Source: Candidatus Magasanikiibacteriota bacterium
Lineage (GTDB): Bacteria > Patescibacteriota > Patescibacteriia > Magasanikbacterales > UBA922
Length of the DNA stretch: 64,000 nucleotides
Assembly (NCBI GenBank): GCA_018651085.1
Contig: JABIEQ010000002.1
Coordinates: 12,777 to 76,776, forward strand
Direction: 5' to 3'
Under the pieces are notes generated by a model. It was not told the DNA's origin. It searched no databases and saw nothing but the letters and a program-made list of their open reading frames with translations. Position 1 is the first letter of the stretch. Each line of letters begins with the position of its first letter. Positions 47,513 through 58,245 of this stretch are shown here, piece after piece. The position numbers were made by a program, and so were the translations under genes.

Positions 47513-48598
47513 ATGCATATTATAACTATTGGATCAGATAAAACACTTCTTGATGTGCGTTCTGCTGCAGCAAAACGTGCTATTGAATATGGATCATTGG
47601 TAAAGAAATATACCGTTGTCATTCCTGGAAATGCACATAAACATGTGGTACTAAGTGATACTGTTGATGTATATATGGTGCGTGGAAAATATCGGGTGAT
47701 ACAGTTTTTTTCTCTTCTTCTTTTTCTTTTTCGTCTTTCTAAGCAACATCAGTATACGGTTATTTCTTCGCAAGACCCGTATTTTTTTGGATTGATTGGA
47801 TATGTTTTTTCTCGAGTGCGAGGTCTTGGTTTAGAAGTACAAATCCATGGATGGGGAAGACAAACGTATATACATCGATATATTTCTTCTTTTGTTGTTT
47901 CTCGAGCAAAGTCTTTACGAGTGGTGAGTCATCGTTTGAAACGTGATCTTCTTCATCTTGGTGTATCTTCTAAGTGTATACATATTGTATCCATTTATAC
48001 AGATCTTAGTATGTTCTTTTCTTTACCACGTACTCTTTCCTCTTTATTTACTTTTTTAACGGTTTCTCGATTGGTTCCTATTAAACGTGTGTCTTTGCAA
48101 CTTAAAGCATTTGCAGACGTTGTTTCTCGTCATAGCCACGCACGTTTATCTATAGTAGGGGATGGGTCTGATCGCTCTACACTTGAAGCTCTTGCTGTTT
48201 CTCTTGGTATTACTGATAAGGTTACGTTCCATGGGGCAATTTCTCATGATGAGTTACCATCATATTATAAAAAAGCAGATTGTTTTTTATGTACATCTTG
48301 TTCTGAAGGGTGGGGATTGGTTGTTATAGAAGCTGCTGCATCGTCATTACCTATTATTATGAGTGATGTTGGTTGTGCAGGAGAAGTAATCATTGATAAA
48401 AAGAGTGGTCTTATCTTGTCTACTTCACGCGTTGAAGATCTTATTAGTTTGATGGAAGAAATGATTACGAAAGAGAAAATGCGTTCTTCGCTTGGAATGT
48501 CTGCTCATAAAGTTGTATCGATGCTTCCTACAAAGGAACAAACACTTGATGCGTATTATGCATCTTGGAAACAGGCATCAAAGAAGCCTATAGTGTAG
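47513..48598 (+). CDS. Glycosyltransferase family 4
   Basis: SRLVPIKR, EGWGLVVIEA, SDVG. Confidence 0.9.
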   Translation: MHIITIGSDKTLLDVRSAAAKRAIEYGSLVKKYTVVIPGNAHKHVVLSDTVDVYMVRGKYRVIQFFSLLLFLFRLSKQHQYTVISSQDPYFFGLIGYVFSRVRGLGLEVQIHGWGRQTYIHRYISSFVVSRAKSLRVVSHRLKRDLLHLGVSSKCIHIVSIYTDLSMFFSLPRTLSSLFTFLTVSRLVPIKRVSLQLKAFADVVSRHSHARLSIVGDGSDRSTLEALAVSLGITDKVTFHGAISHDELPSYYKKADCFLCTSCSEGWGLVVIEAAASSLPIIMSDVGCAGEVIIDKKSGLILSTSRVEDLISLMEEMITKEKMRSSLGMSAHKVVSMLPTKEQTLDAYYASWKQASKKPIV

Positions 48599-48660
48599 GT
48601 GCTGTGTGGATATTAGGTCTGTATTTGACAGATGCATAGGTTTCTCTTTATACTTTATAT

Positions 48661-48790
48661 AGATCCTATCTTTTTGGTACAATCATATTCGATATTAGCC
48701 TATTGGGACACCTACATTGCGTCTGTCTGCGGACTAACGTTGCGGAGACCCACCTGATTTCAGGAATATGGGCTGTCCAAAAGTAGGATC
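48661..48790 (+). ncRNA. Candidate rod-shaped ncRNA of about 130 nt (6S-like architecture)
   Basis: Promoter TTGACA-18-TATACT; 5'/3' ends pair (GATCCTA..TTTTGG..CATATTC / GAATATG..CCAAAA..TAGGATC); apical stem. Confidence 0.5.
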
Positions 48791-48911
48791 GGTAAAAAAT
48801 AACCTCATATGAGGTTATTTTTTATTTTTATAAATCATACTATTTTTGTCTGTTGTTTTTTTGTCTTTTTTTGGTATGCTAGTGGTGAGTATTATTTATA
48901 TTTTTATCTTT

Positions 48912-50153
48912 ATGAAACGGTATTTTTATCTTTTATTCTGTGCATTTGGTTTTTTGGGTCTTTTTTTCGTACCTCCTTTTGTGTTTGCCGAAGAAGCTGT
49001 TGAAGTTCCTCAAGATAATGAAGTATTGATTTCTGTTTTTGTTCGAGACGATTGTGCTCATTGTATTGATGAAAAAGCGTTTTTAGCTGAATTTGTAAAA
49101 GATCATCCTGAAGTTGTTCTTGATTATCGTAATTTAGATGATGAAACTCAGCAGCAATTATTTTCTGACGTCGCTCAAAAACATTCTCTTATTAAGGGAA
49201 CTCCTATTACGATGGTGCAAAATACTTTGATTCAAGGGTTTGGTACAGCAGAAACAACGGGGGAGCTTATTCGTTCATTAGTTGAACGGGCTGATGGTGT
49301 GAATTTGCGTTTTGAAGAAGCACTTACTTCAGACAACGTTGAAGTGTCTTCAGGGTTTGTGCTTGATGGTTTATGTACGGAAGAATCTTGTGAGGTTGAA
49401 TCGTCTAGTTATTTGATCACCCTTCCTATTATAAGGAAGACCGTTGACGTTGGTTCGTTATCTTTAGCAACATTATCTTTAGTGCTTGGGTTGGTTGACG
49501 GATTTAACCCGTGTGCACTTTGGGTACTTATTATGTTTTTACTGATATTGTCTCAGTTAAAATCACGTAAGCGCATGCTTCAGTATGCTGGGTTATTTAT
49601 TTTGGCTGAAGCCGTCATGTATTATTTGATTTTAAATGTATGGTTTACGGCGTGGGATTTTATATCACTTAACAATATTGTCACACCACTTGTTGGGTTA
49701 TTGGCGTTAGGAAGTGGAATTTATTTTTTCTATAAATTTTTAACGTACACACCAACGTGTAGTGTTGCGAGTCTTGATCAACAACAAAAAATGACTGATA
49801 AGGTAAAATCTCTTGCATCAAAACCGATGACCATTGGTGTGGTGCTTGGTATTTTAGGTCTTGCCTTTTCTGTGAATATTTTTGAATTTGCGTGTTCTAT
49901 TGGTATTCCACAAACATTTACAAAGATTTTGGAACTTAATGGATTTACATGGCTTACTCGTCAATGGTACATGTTTTTATACATTTTAATGTATATGGTT
50001 GATGATGTTATTGTCTTTGGAATTGCATTGTATAGTATTAATAAGATTGGTGTTGTTCATAAGTATAGTAAATGGTCAACGCTTCTTGGAGCAATCTTGA
50101 TGCTTCTTCTTGGAGCAATTATGCTTTTCCGACCTGAACTTTTGATTTTGTAA
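48912..50153 (+). CDS. Glutaredoxin-like (CAHC) domain plus CcdA/DsbD-like membrane domain protein
   Basis: Signal peptide, CAHC, GLVDGFNPCALW, EFACS. Confidence 0.85.
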   Translation: MKRYFYLLFCAFGFLGLFFVPPFVFAEEAVEVPQDNEVLISVFVRDDCAHCIDEKAFLAEFVKDHPEVVLDYRNLDDETQQQLFSDVAQKHSLIKGTPITMVQNTLIQGFGTAETTGELIRSLVERADGVNLRFEEALTSDNVEVSSGFVLDGLCTEESCEVESSSYLITLPIIRKTVDVGSLSLATLSLVLGLVDGFNPCALWVLIMFLLILSQLKSRKRMLQYAGLFILAEAVMYYLILNVWFTAWDFISLNNIVTPLVGLLALGSGIYFFYKFLTYTPTCSVASLDQQQKMTDKVKSLASKPMTIGVVLGILGLAFSVNIFEFACSIGIPQTFTKILELNGFTWLTRQWYMFLYILMYMVDDVIVFGIALYSINKIGVVHKYSKWSTLLGAILMLLLGAIMLFRPELLIL

Positions 50154-50199
50154 AAAAAGATTTTAATAAAAAAATAATCCCGGTAAGGGATTATTTTTG

Positions 50200-50376
50200 T
50201 TATGCTGTTTGTTTCGCCATTGTTCTCATGCACCGTGTACAAACCTTTTCTTTTTTTCCATCAATCATCATTTTTTGAAGATTAGGCTTTTGTCGGCGAA
50301 GTGTTTTGTTCATTGCTTTTGATCGGTGAGCCGCTCGTATTGGCACCTTTCCGCAAGTGACGCATTGTCTAGACAT
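50200..50376 (-). CDS. rpmB: 50S ribosomal protein L28 (58 aa, absent from the ORF track)
   Basis: Translated by hand: MSRQCVTCGK...SKAMNKTLRRQKPNLQK...VCTRCMRT. Confidence 0.93.
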   Translation of the reverse strand: MSRQCVTCGKVPIRAAHRSKAMNKTLRRQKPNLQKMMIDGKKEKVCTRCMRTMAKQTA

Positions 50377-50467
50377 ATGTAGCTTGTTAGTTTTTTTGTT
50401 GTACGGTATACTTTTTTACGCGTGAGGCCACTATAGCTAACATTTCTTTTTTTGTCAAGATATATAT

Positions 50468-51088
50468 ATGTTTATAGATAAGATCTTTTTTGTCTTTGTT
50501 ATCATCTTTTCTGCGGTGATTCATGAATATGCCCATGGATGGATGGCATATCAGCTAGGGGACCCGACAGCAAAACGTGCTGGGAGGCTTACTATTAACC
50601 CAATTCCACATCTCGATATGTTTGGGTCGATCATTTTACCCCTTATTATGGTTATTTTACCTGGGGGATTCTTATTTGCTTATGCAAAGCCTGTCCCATA
50701 TAACCCCTATAATCTTAAGGATCAACGATGGGGTCCTGTGTGGGTAGCCATTGCTGGACCTATTTCTAATATCATTTTAGCACTTGTTTTTGGGGTTATT
50801 GCTCAAATTCTTACCGTTGCTTCTCCAATATATCCATTTTTACAGCTTATTGTCTTTGCAAACGTGATTTTGGCGGTCTTTAATATGGTCCCAATTCCAC
50901 CGCTTGATGGATCGAAGCTTCTTTTTGCGCTTTTACCAGATAGAGCACATCAATTAAAGGCGGCATTGCAGCAATATGGGCTTATGTTGCTGTTGCTTTT
51001 CATTTTTGTGGGGTATGCGCTTATTTTTCCTATTATTCAAGGGCTTACAATACTCTTTTTGGCTTGGTTAAGCCCTTTTATTTCATAA
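50468..51088 (+). CDS. Site-2 protease (M50) family protein
   Basis: HEYAH, GDPTA, AGPISN, NMVPIPPLDG. Confidence 0.93.
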   Translation: MFIDKIFFVFVIIFSAVIHEYAHGWMAYQLGDPTAKRAGRLTINPIPHLDMFGSIILPLIMVILPGGFLFAYAKPVPYNPYNLKDQRWGPVWVAIAGPISNIILALVFGVIAQILTVASPIYPFLQLIVFANVILAVFNMVPIPPLDGSKLLFALLPDRAHQLKAALQQYGLMLLLLFIFVGYALIFPIIQGLTILFLAWLSPFIS

Positions 51089-51230
51089 TCTTTTCCACAT
51101 TTTGCTTTGGTCATTGTCTTGACATTTATAAGGCGGTCCTATATACTCAGAGCACCTTAAATGAATCTTCATTTTTAGGAAAGAACGATATTTATTTCGT
51201 GGCTGAAATAATAAGAACGCACATACAGTT

Positions 51231-51650
51231 ATGCCTACAATGAATCAGGTTCTTCGTAAAGGAAGAACAAAGAAAACTAAAAAATCTTCTTCTCCTGCAT
51301 TGCAGTTTACTTATGATAGTTTGCATCGAAAGAAGAATACCCTAAGACGAGGGAGTCCCTTTAAACGTGGTGTATGTACAAAAGTATATACCGCAACTCC
51401 TCGTAAACCGAACTCTGCGCTTCGTAAAGTAGCAAAGGTTCGTCTTTCTAATGGATCAGAAGTGATTGCGTATATTCCAGGTGAAGGACATAACTTACAA
51501 GAGCATTCAATTGTTCTTATTCGTGGTGGACGTGTGAAAGATCTGTCTGGTGTTCGATATACTATTGTTCGTGGTGTATATGATACACAAGGTGTTGAAG
51601 GACGAAAACAGGGTCGCTCTAAGTACGGGACAAAACGCCCTAAGAATTAA
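51231..51650 (+). CDS. rpsL: 30S ribosomal protein S12
   Basis: [25 protein letters not shown]. Confidence 0.98.
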   Translation: MPTMNQVLRKGRTKKTKKSSSPALQFTYDSLHRKKNTLRRGSPFKRGVCTKVYTATPRKPNSALRKVAKVRLSNGSEVIAYIPGEGHNLQEHSIVLIRGGRVKDLSGVRYTIVRGVYDTQGVEGRKQGRSKYGTKRPKN

Positions 51651-51653
51651 TAT

Positions 51654-52133
51654 ATGTCACGAGGAAAACAAGCCCCAAAACGTGCTATTGCACCGGATCC
51701 AATTTATAACAGTCAACTTCTTGCTAAGTTTATCAATTTTTTGATGCTTGATGGAAAAAAGAGTACTGCGCAACGGATCGTGTATAATGCACTTACTATT
51801 GTTAAAGAAAAAACTGGTGAAGAAGCACTTGCAACCTTTGAAAAAGCAATTGATATTGTTCGTCCACAAGTTGAGGTTCGATCTCGACGTGTTGGGGGAG
51901 CAAACTATCAAGTTCCTATGCCCGTGCAATCACGACGTCAACTTGCATTAACTTTTCGATGGTTAATTGCTGCGTCAAAAACACGAAAAGGAAAAAGTAT
52001 GGCACAAAAATTATCTGATGAGATTATCGATATCTTAGAAGGTGTTGGTGCAACGCTTAAAAAGAAGGAAGATGTGCAACGCATGGCTGAAGCGAATAAA
52101 GCGTTTGCTCACTTTGCTCGGTTTAGACGTTAA
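51654..52133 (+). CDS. rpsG: 30S ribosomal protein S7
   Basis: DGKKS, RRVGGANYQVP, MAEANKAFAHF. Confidence 0.98.
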   Translation: MSRGKQAPKRAIAPDPIYNSQLLAKFINFLMLDGKKSTAQRIVYNALTIVKEKTGEEALATFEKAIDIVRPQVEVRSRRVGGANYQVPMPVQSRRQLALTFRWLIAASKTRKGKSMAQKLSDEIIDILEGVGATLKKKEDVQRMAEANKAFAHFARFRR

Positions 52134-52236
52134 TGCATATGGATACTGACGGTGTCACCTTATTTTGTTTATAGTTTTAAACCGCGCTAGGCATGGATAT
52201 GCTTTGTGCGGTTTGTTTTTTTCTTAACCTTTTATT

Positions 52237-54321
52237 ATGCCTAGACAATATTCTCTTGCAAAGACAAGAAACATCGGTATCATGGCGCACATTGATGCTG
52301 GAAAAACCACTGCTACTGAACGAATCTTATTTTATACTGGAAGTACCCATAAAATTGGTGAAACACATGATGGTGAATCACAAATGGATTGGATGGATCA
52401 AGAAAAGGAACGTGGTATTACTATTACAAGTGCTGCGACAACCTGTTTTTGGTTAGATAACCGAATTAATATTATTGACACACCTGGTCACGTTGACTTT
52501 ACTGTTGAAGTTGAACGATCACTTCGTGTGCTTGATGGTGCTGTTGCTGTGTTTGATGGATCACAAGGAGTTGAACCTCAATCTGAAACAGTATGGCGTC
52601 AAGCTGATAAATATGAGGTGCCTCGTGTTTGTTTTGTAAACAAAATGGATAAAACTGGGGCTGATTTTTATATGAGTCTAGACTCAATTCGAAATCGTTT
52701 GAGTAAAAAAGCATTTGCTATTCAACTTCCAATTGGACAAGAAGGAGATCATATTGGGATTGTTGATTTAGTTGCAAAAAAAGCCTATTCATTTACTGGA
52801 GAGATGGGGATTGAAGTGAATGAAATTGAGATTCCTGAAGATATGAAAGAAAGTGTTGATAAATATCGAGGAGAACTTCTTGATAAAGTTGCAGAGGCTG
52901 ACGATACTATCATGGAAAAATATCTTGCCGGAGAAGAATTAACTGTTGAAGAAATCAGATCAGCGTTACGTGTGTTAGTACTTGCTGGAGACATTTATCC
53001 TGTGATGTGTGGATCAGCGTTAGCAAATATTGGTGTACAAAAGGTGCTTGATGCTGTTATTGATTATCTTCCCTCACCTCTTGATGTTGGTGCTATTGAA
53101 GCCACTGATGCTGATGACCTTGAAAAGAAAGTGAAAATTAGTGCAAAGGATGATGCGCCATTTGTTGGAATTGCGTTTAAGATTGCGACTGATCCGTATG
53201 TTGGAAAACTTGTTTTTTTCCGTGTGTATCAAGGAATGTTGAGTTCTGGAAGTTATATTCTTAATACGCGTACTGGGAAACGAGAACGTATTGGGCGAAT
53301 TGTTCGATTACATGCTAATACGCGTGAAGAAGTACAAGACGTGTATGCGGGAGAAATTGCTGCTGCTATTGGACTTAAAGCAACGGTTACTGGAGATACT
53401 ATTTGTGACGAAAAGTTTCCTGTTGTATTAGAAAATATTACATTTCCAGAACCTGTTATTCACATTGCTATTGAGCCGAAGACCAAGCAAGATCAAGAAA
53501 AGATGGGAATGGCGCTTCAGAAACTTGCTGAAGAAGATCCAACATTTAGAATTAAGACAGATGAAGAAACGCTTCAAACTATTATTTCTGGAATGGGAGA
53601 ACTTCATCTTGATATTCTTGTTGATCGGATGAAACGTGAATTTGGAGTAGAAGCTAATATTGGTGCGCCACAAGTAGCATATAAAGAAACGATTAGACAA
53701 ACTGCTGAAGCGGAAGGAAAGTATGTAAAGCAATCTGGTGGGCGTGGACAATATGGTCATTGTTGGATTCGACTTGAACCTATTGATGCCGAAAATGATG
53801 AACTTGAATTTGTTGAAGAAATTAAAGGTGGAACTATTCCAAAAGAATATCTTCCAGCGATTAAAAAAGGTATTCGCGAAGCAATGGATAAAGGTGTTGT
53901 TGCTGGATATCAAATGGTTGGTGTTAAAGCAACGTGTTATGATGGGTCATACCATGATGTTGATTCATCTGAAATTGCGTTTAAAATGGCTGGAAGTATG
54001 GCGTTTGTGGCCGCTGTTAAGCAAGCACGTCCTGTTGTTCTTGAACCGATTATGAAAGTTGAAGTGACGACTCCAGAAGATCACATGGGAGACGTTATTG
54101 GTGATTTAAGCTCTAAGCGTGGACAAGTATCAGAAATGACAGAGCGTTCAGGTGTAAAAGTCATTAACGCCACTGTTCCATTGTCTTCAATGTTTGGATA
54201 TGTGAATAATCTTCGATCAATGACCCAGGGGCGTGCGAGTTATTCTATGGAATTCTCTCATTATGCTGAGTGTCCAAAGAATGTTGAGCAAGAAATTGTT
54301 GAAGGAAGAAAGAAGGCATAA
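52237..54321 (+). CDS. fusA: Elongation factor G
   Basis: [34 protein letters not shown]. Confidence 0.98.
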   Translation: MPRQYSLAKTRNIGIMAHIDAGKTTATERILFYTGSTHKIGETHDGESQMDWMDQEKERGITITSAATTCFWLDNRINIIDTPGHVDFTVEVERSLRVLDGAVAVFDGSQGVEPQSETVWRQADKYEVPRVCFVNKMDKTGADFYMSLDSIRNRLSKKAFAIQLPIGQEGDHIGIVDLVAKKAYSFTGEMGIEVNEIEIPEDMKESVDKYRGELLDKVAEADDTIMEKYLAGEELTVEEIRSALRVLVLAGDIYPVMCGSALANIGVQKVLDAVIDYLPSPLDVGAIEATDADDLEKKVKISAKDDAPFVGIAFKIATDPYVGKLVFFRVYQGMLSSGSYILNTRTGKRERIGRIVRLHANTREEVQDVYAGEIAAAIGLKATVTGDTICDEKFPVVLENITFPEPVIHIAIEPKTKQDQEKMGMALQKLAEEDPTFRIKTDEETLQTIISGMGELHLDILVDRMKREFGVEANIGAPQVAYKETIRQTAEAEGKYVKQSGGRGQYGHCWIRLEPIDAENDELEFVEEIKGGTIPKEYLPAIKKGIREAMDKGVVAGYQMVGVKATCYDGSYHDVDSSEIAFKMAGSMAFVAAVKQARPVVLEPIMKVEVTTPEDHMGDVIGDLSSKRGQVSEMTERSGVKVINATVPLSSMFGYVNNLRSMTQGRASYSMEFSHYAECPKNVEQEIVEGRKKA

Positions 54322-54382
54322 ATTTCTTTTTAACTGTGGATAAAATACAGGCTATCATGCCTGTATTTTTTTTGGTATACTT

Positions 54383-57300
54383 ATGGGGTTATTTAATATT
54401 ACTACTATGTTTCGTAGGCATTCTTTTTCGTCGATAGAAAAGGTGGGAATTTATACGTTAGCCTTTTTATTTATTGGAATGGAACTTTGGGGAGCTTTTT
54501 TCTTACCATCTTCATTTCAGTCAGAAAATGTGTCTTCTCCTTTGTTTTATCCAGTTGTACAAGCCGCTACTGTAACCATTGATGTTACTACTTCGACTGA
54601 TGCGTATGACACTGGTGCTGGTGCTAATGGATCTTGTTCACTTCGAGAAGCTATCGGTAAAGCAAATGGTGATAATCTTCCTGATTGCCCTTATTCTGCT
54701 GAACCGGTGTCAGGGGACACTATACAAATTAATTTATCATCAGGTACGACATACAATCTTACTCGTGATGGAGCAGGGCTTGGGGATGATAATAATGATA
54801 GAGGAGATTTAGACATTGCTACGTCTACAGCTGTAACTATAGCTATCGCACCAACCGGAACAGCATATGCAACTATTGATGCGAGTGGTCTTGGTACACT
54901 TGAGCGTGTAATGCATATAGTGACAGACGGGCCATCTATATCTTTAGATAAAATGGTGATTACTTCAGGAGATACCAACGGAGCCTTTAGTGTTGGTGAA
55001 GGACGTGGTGCTGGTATTTATATTGCTAACGGAGACGTTACTATTAATAATAGTGTGGTGAAGTCAAATGACTCTGCATTTGATGGTGGGGGAATTTATG
55101 TAGAAAGCACAGGAACGTTAACACTTACGAGTACAACTCTTCATTCAAACACTGTAAGTGGTGCTGCTGGTGGGGATGCCTTTGGTGGAGGAATTTATAA
55201 CGATGGGACGGATCTTACTATTACAAGTAGTACTTTTACATCAAATGTTACGTCAAATACCACAGTTAATGATGGTCATGGTGGAGGATTATATACTTCT
55301 GGTGGAACGGTAACAATTACAAGTAGTACCTTTTCTTTAAATCAAGCTGCTAGAGAAAGTGAATCAGCTGATGGGGGAGCAGTATATCAAGGAGGAGGGA
55401 CTGTGACTATTACCGATAGTACTCTTTCTACAAATTCTTCGGGAGATGATGGAGGTGGATTGTATGTTGGTAGTGCAACAACAACTATCACGAATTCTAC
55501 GTTTACATTAAACACAGCCTCTACTACTCGTAGTGCCGCCGCCGGTGGTGGACTATATGGAACTGCGGGAATTGTGACTATTACTAGTAGTACGTTTAGT
55601 TATAATTACGCAGGGTCTAGTGGTGGTGGAACGAGGGTGGATAGTAGCTCTACAATTACGATTACAAGTAGTACATTTAAAGGAAATTCTGCACAAGCAA
55701 ATGGTGGAGGAGTGTATGTTGATACTGGAACAGCGACAATTACTGGTGGTCTTTATACACTGAACATGGCGACATCAAGTTCTCGTTCTGGTGGTGCGAT
55801 ATATAACGATACGAGTGCGATGACGATTACGAGTGCAACTATTCGAGGAAATGAAGCCGGAGCAAGTGGTGGAGGAATTCTTTCTTCAGGGACAACACTT
55901 ACACTTAGTGATTCAATAATTTCGTTTAATACTTCAACGGATGGTGGTGGAATTTATTCAGGAGGTACCACCTTTATTATGAGTGATAGTAGTATCACTT
56001 CTAATCTTGCTTCTTCTACAAATGCACAAGGGGGAGGATTATATTTAAATTCTGGTACGGTAACAATTACGAGTAGTACAATTAATACAAATCTTGCTGA
56101 CGATAATGGTGGAGGAATTTATATGGGGACTGCTTCTACTACTATTTCTGATACGACCATTACTTCTAATACTGCTTCTTCGACTCGTACGAATGCTTTT
56201 GGTGGGGGAATTGATAATTTTAATGGACTTCTTTTGATGACAAGTAGTACGATTAGTTCTAACACTGCTGGTGGAGATGGTGGAGGAATTTATAATAGTG
56301 CTACAACAACTTTAGCGAATGTCACTATTAGTTCAAATACTGCGAATGATGATGGTGGTGGGGTATTTAATAATGCTGATACGACAAGTTTCAGTCATGT
56401 TACTGTTGTATTAAATAGTGCTGCTAGTGATGCTGCTGGCCTGTGGGTTCAATCTGATAATGTTACTCTTGTTAATACGTTATTTGCTACAAATACGTTG
56501 TCTAATGGAAATTTAGAAAACTGTCAGGTGAATGGTGGAAGTTTGACGTCTAGTGGAAATAATTTAGAGGCGTCTACGAGTACTTTGTATAGTTGTAATT
56601 TAACGGAAACATCTGATGTTACTACTACTGTGGCAATTGCTACTATTTTAAACACGACCCTTGCTTTGAATGGTGGAAAGACGATGAATCATGCACTTGT
56701 GACGAGTAGTCCTGCTATTGATGTTGGTGGGTTTCCATCATTTGGTTCTGATCAACGAGGAACATTGCGACCACAAGGAGCAATGCCTGATATTGGATCA
56801 TATGAATTTGTGCCTTTAGATCAAGGGGTGACAGTTTCTCAATCAGCTATTAGTGTGAGTGAAGGAAGTGGTGCTAGTACATATACTCTTGTCTTAGATG
56901 TTGTTCCTCGTGCTGACGTTGATGTGACGGTTGCTGGTTCCTCGGGCGATATTTCTATTAGTCCGTCCTCTCTTACTTTTTCTACTTCAACATGGAATGT
57001 TCCGCAGACAGTGAGTGTGACTGCTGTTGATGATTCGACTGTGGAGAGTACTGAAAGTGCAACAGTTACTCATACGGCATCTACTACGGATAGTGCGTAT
57101 GCTACAGCTGGTATTTCATCTGTTACTGTTACTATTACTGATAATGATACTAATTCAAGCGGTGGTGGAAGCGTTATTGTGCATAAAATCCCATCTTTTT
57201 CTTCTGATACGCCAATTCAAATTAATGGTGGTGCTCTTACTGTAGATGATACTGCTGTTATTCTTTCTTTTGATGTGGCTACTTCTCCTGATGTTATTCA

Positions 57301-58144
57301 AATGGCTGTTGAAAATGGCCAAGGAATATCTTCATCTGACTTTGTACCCTACACTAAAACGATGGCGTGGGAATTAAGTCCTGGAAATGGAAAGAAACAA
57401 GTGTGTGCTCGTTTTAGAACAGCACAAGGAGCTGTTCGTGATGCGTGTACGTCTATTGAATTAGTTGGTCAGGAATTTAATGCTCCTTCTGAAATAACAT
57501 GTGCGGTTTCTTCTGGTAATGCATATAAACATCCTGATGCATTACGTAAAGATGTGTGGTATGTCTTTCCTGGTGTGAATGGTGAACAATGTACGAAGCG
57601 GGCTTTTTCTGGGGCATATATTTTCTTTACGTACTTCTCTGATTGGAGTCAGGTTGTGTTAGATAAAGAAATTGATGTGGTAAAAGAAGATACTCTTATG
57701 TTTATGCCATATGGTCCATTGTTACCTCGGCAGTATGGAGCGCTTGTAAAGACCACAGATAACGCCGATGTGTATTTATTAGTTGGTGATCAATCATATA
57801 CGTTTGATTCTCTTTCTACTCTTCGTACACTTGGATACAATACGTCTTACATCATTGATGTTGATGGACGGGTCCTTGATCAATATACGTATCTTGGAGA
57901 CATTGATTATATTGATCATCATCCGACATATGCTTTGATTAAGTATCAAGGTGCTTCTACCGTGTATTATGTTGATGAAAAGGATAATGTACAGGTTCGT
58001 CGTGAAGTTGATAGTTTAGAGACCCTTCGCGCACTTGGTCTTCGTACTGATCTTGATATTATACGAAATGTTGCGTTGTTTTCTCCAACAGATGCGTACG
58101 TGATCTATCCTGATGGAGATGCATTTACCTTGAATGACATATAG
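54383..58144 (+). CDS. Large Ser/Thr/Gly-rich surface protein: CSLREA domain, beta-helix repeats, choice-of-anchor-Q-like and Ig/Calx-beta-like domains
   Basis: CSLREA motif; many GGGIY/GGAIY...FxxN repeats; DQRG..RPQG..PDIGSYE. Confidence 0.85.
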   Translation: MGLFNITTMFRRHSFSSIEKVGIYTLAFLFIGMELWGAFFLPSSFQSENVSSPLFYPVVQAATVTIDVTTSTDAYDTGAGANGSCSLREAIGKANGDNLPDCPYSAEPVSGDTIQINLSSGTTYNLTRDGAGLGDDNNDRGDLDIATSTAVTIAIAPTGTAYATIDASGLGTLERVMHIVTDGPSISLDKMVITSGDTNGAFSVGEGRGAGIYIANGDVTINNSVVKSNDSAFDGGGIYVESTGTLTLTSTTLHSNTVSGAAGGDAFGGGIYNDGTDLTITSSTFTSNVTSNTTVNDGHGGGLYTSGGTVTITSSTFSLNQAARESESADGGAVYQGGGTVTITDSTLSTNSSGDDGGGLYVGSATTTITNSTFTLNTASTTRSAAAGGGLYGTAGIVTITSSTFSYNYAGSSGGGTRVDSSSTITITSSTFKGNSAQANGGGVYVDTGTATITGGLYTLNMATSSSRSGGAIYNDTSAMTITSATIRGNEAGASGGGILSSGTTLTLSDSIISFNTSTDGGGIYSGGTTFIMSDSSITSNLASSTNAQGGGLYLNSGTVTITSSTINTNLADDNGGGIYMGTASTTISDTTITSNTASSTRTNAFGGGIDNFNGLLLMTSSTISSNTAGGDGGGIYNSATTTLANVTISSNTANDDGGGVFNNADTTSFSHVTVVLNSAASDAAGLWVQSDNVTLVNTLFATNTLSNGNLENCQVNGGSLTSSGNNLEASTSTLYSCNLTETSDVTTTVAIATILNTTLALNGGKTMNHALVTSSPAIDVGGFPSFGSDQRGTLRPQGAMPDIGSYEFVPLDQGVTVSQSAISVSEGSGASTYTLVLDVVPRADVDVTVAGSSGDISISPSSLTFSTSTWNVPQTVSVTAVDDSTVESTESATVTHTASTTDSAYATAGISSVTVTITDNDTNSSGGGSVIVHKIPSFSSDTPIQINGGALTVDDTAVILSFDVATSPDVIQMAVENGQGISSSDFVPYTKTMAWELSPGNGKKQVCARFRTAQGAVRDACTSIELVGQEFNAPSEITCAVSSGNAYKHPDALRKDVWYVFPGVNGEQCTKRAFSGAYIFFTYFSDWSQVVLDKEIDVVKEDTLMFMPYGPLLPRQYGALVKTTDNADVYLLVGDQSYTFDSLSTLRTLGYNTSYIIDVDGRVLDQYTYLGDIDYIDHHPTYALIKYQGASTVYYVDEKDNVQVRREVDSLETLRALGLRTDLDIIRNVALFSPTDAYVIYPDGDAFTLNDI

Positions 58145-58153
58145 TCTGTTGTA

Positions 58154-58222
58154 TTGACAATATCTCTTTTTTTTGGTAAAGTAATCATATCAAAAGTAGC
58201 GTTATTATAACGCTGCTTTTTT
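58154..58222 (+). promoter_or_regulatory. nusA promoter with terminator-like leader hairpin
   Basis: TTGACA-17-TAAAGT, then AAAAGTAGCGTTA-TTA-TAACGCTGCTTTTTT before the start codon. Confidence 0.65.
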
Positions 58223-58245
58223 ATTACTTAATTTTGTATTTTTAT

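Noticed and set aside
48661-48790. SRP (4.5S) RNA
   Set aside because: Lacks the conserved domain IV CAGG-GNRA-AGCA internal-loop motif.
52180-52222. Hairpin plus T-run between rpsG and fusA as a novel RNA
   Set aside because: A single stem-loop, adequately explained as a partial terminator or mRNA stabiliser within the str operon.
54950-56450. Recurring GGTGGAGGAATTTAT / ACAAGTAGTAC DNA repeats as a DGR or repeat array
   Set aside because: They are the coding consequence of beta-helix protein repeats; no reverse transcriptase or adenine-specific TR/VR pair is visible.
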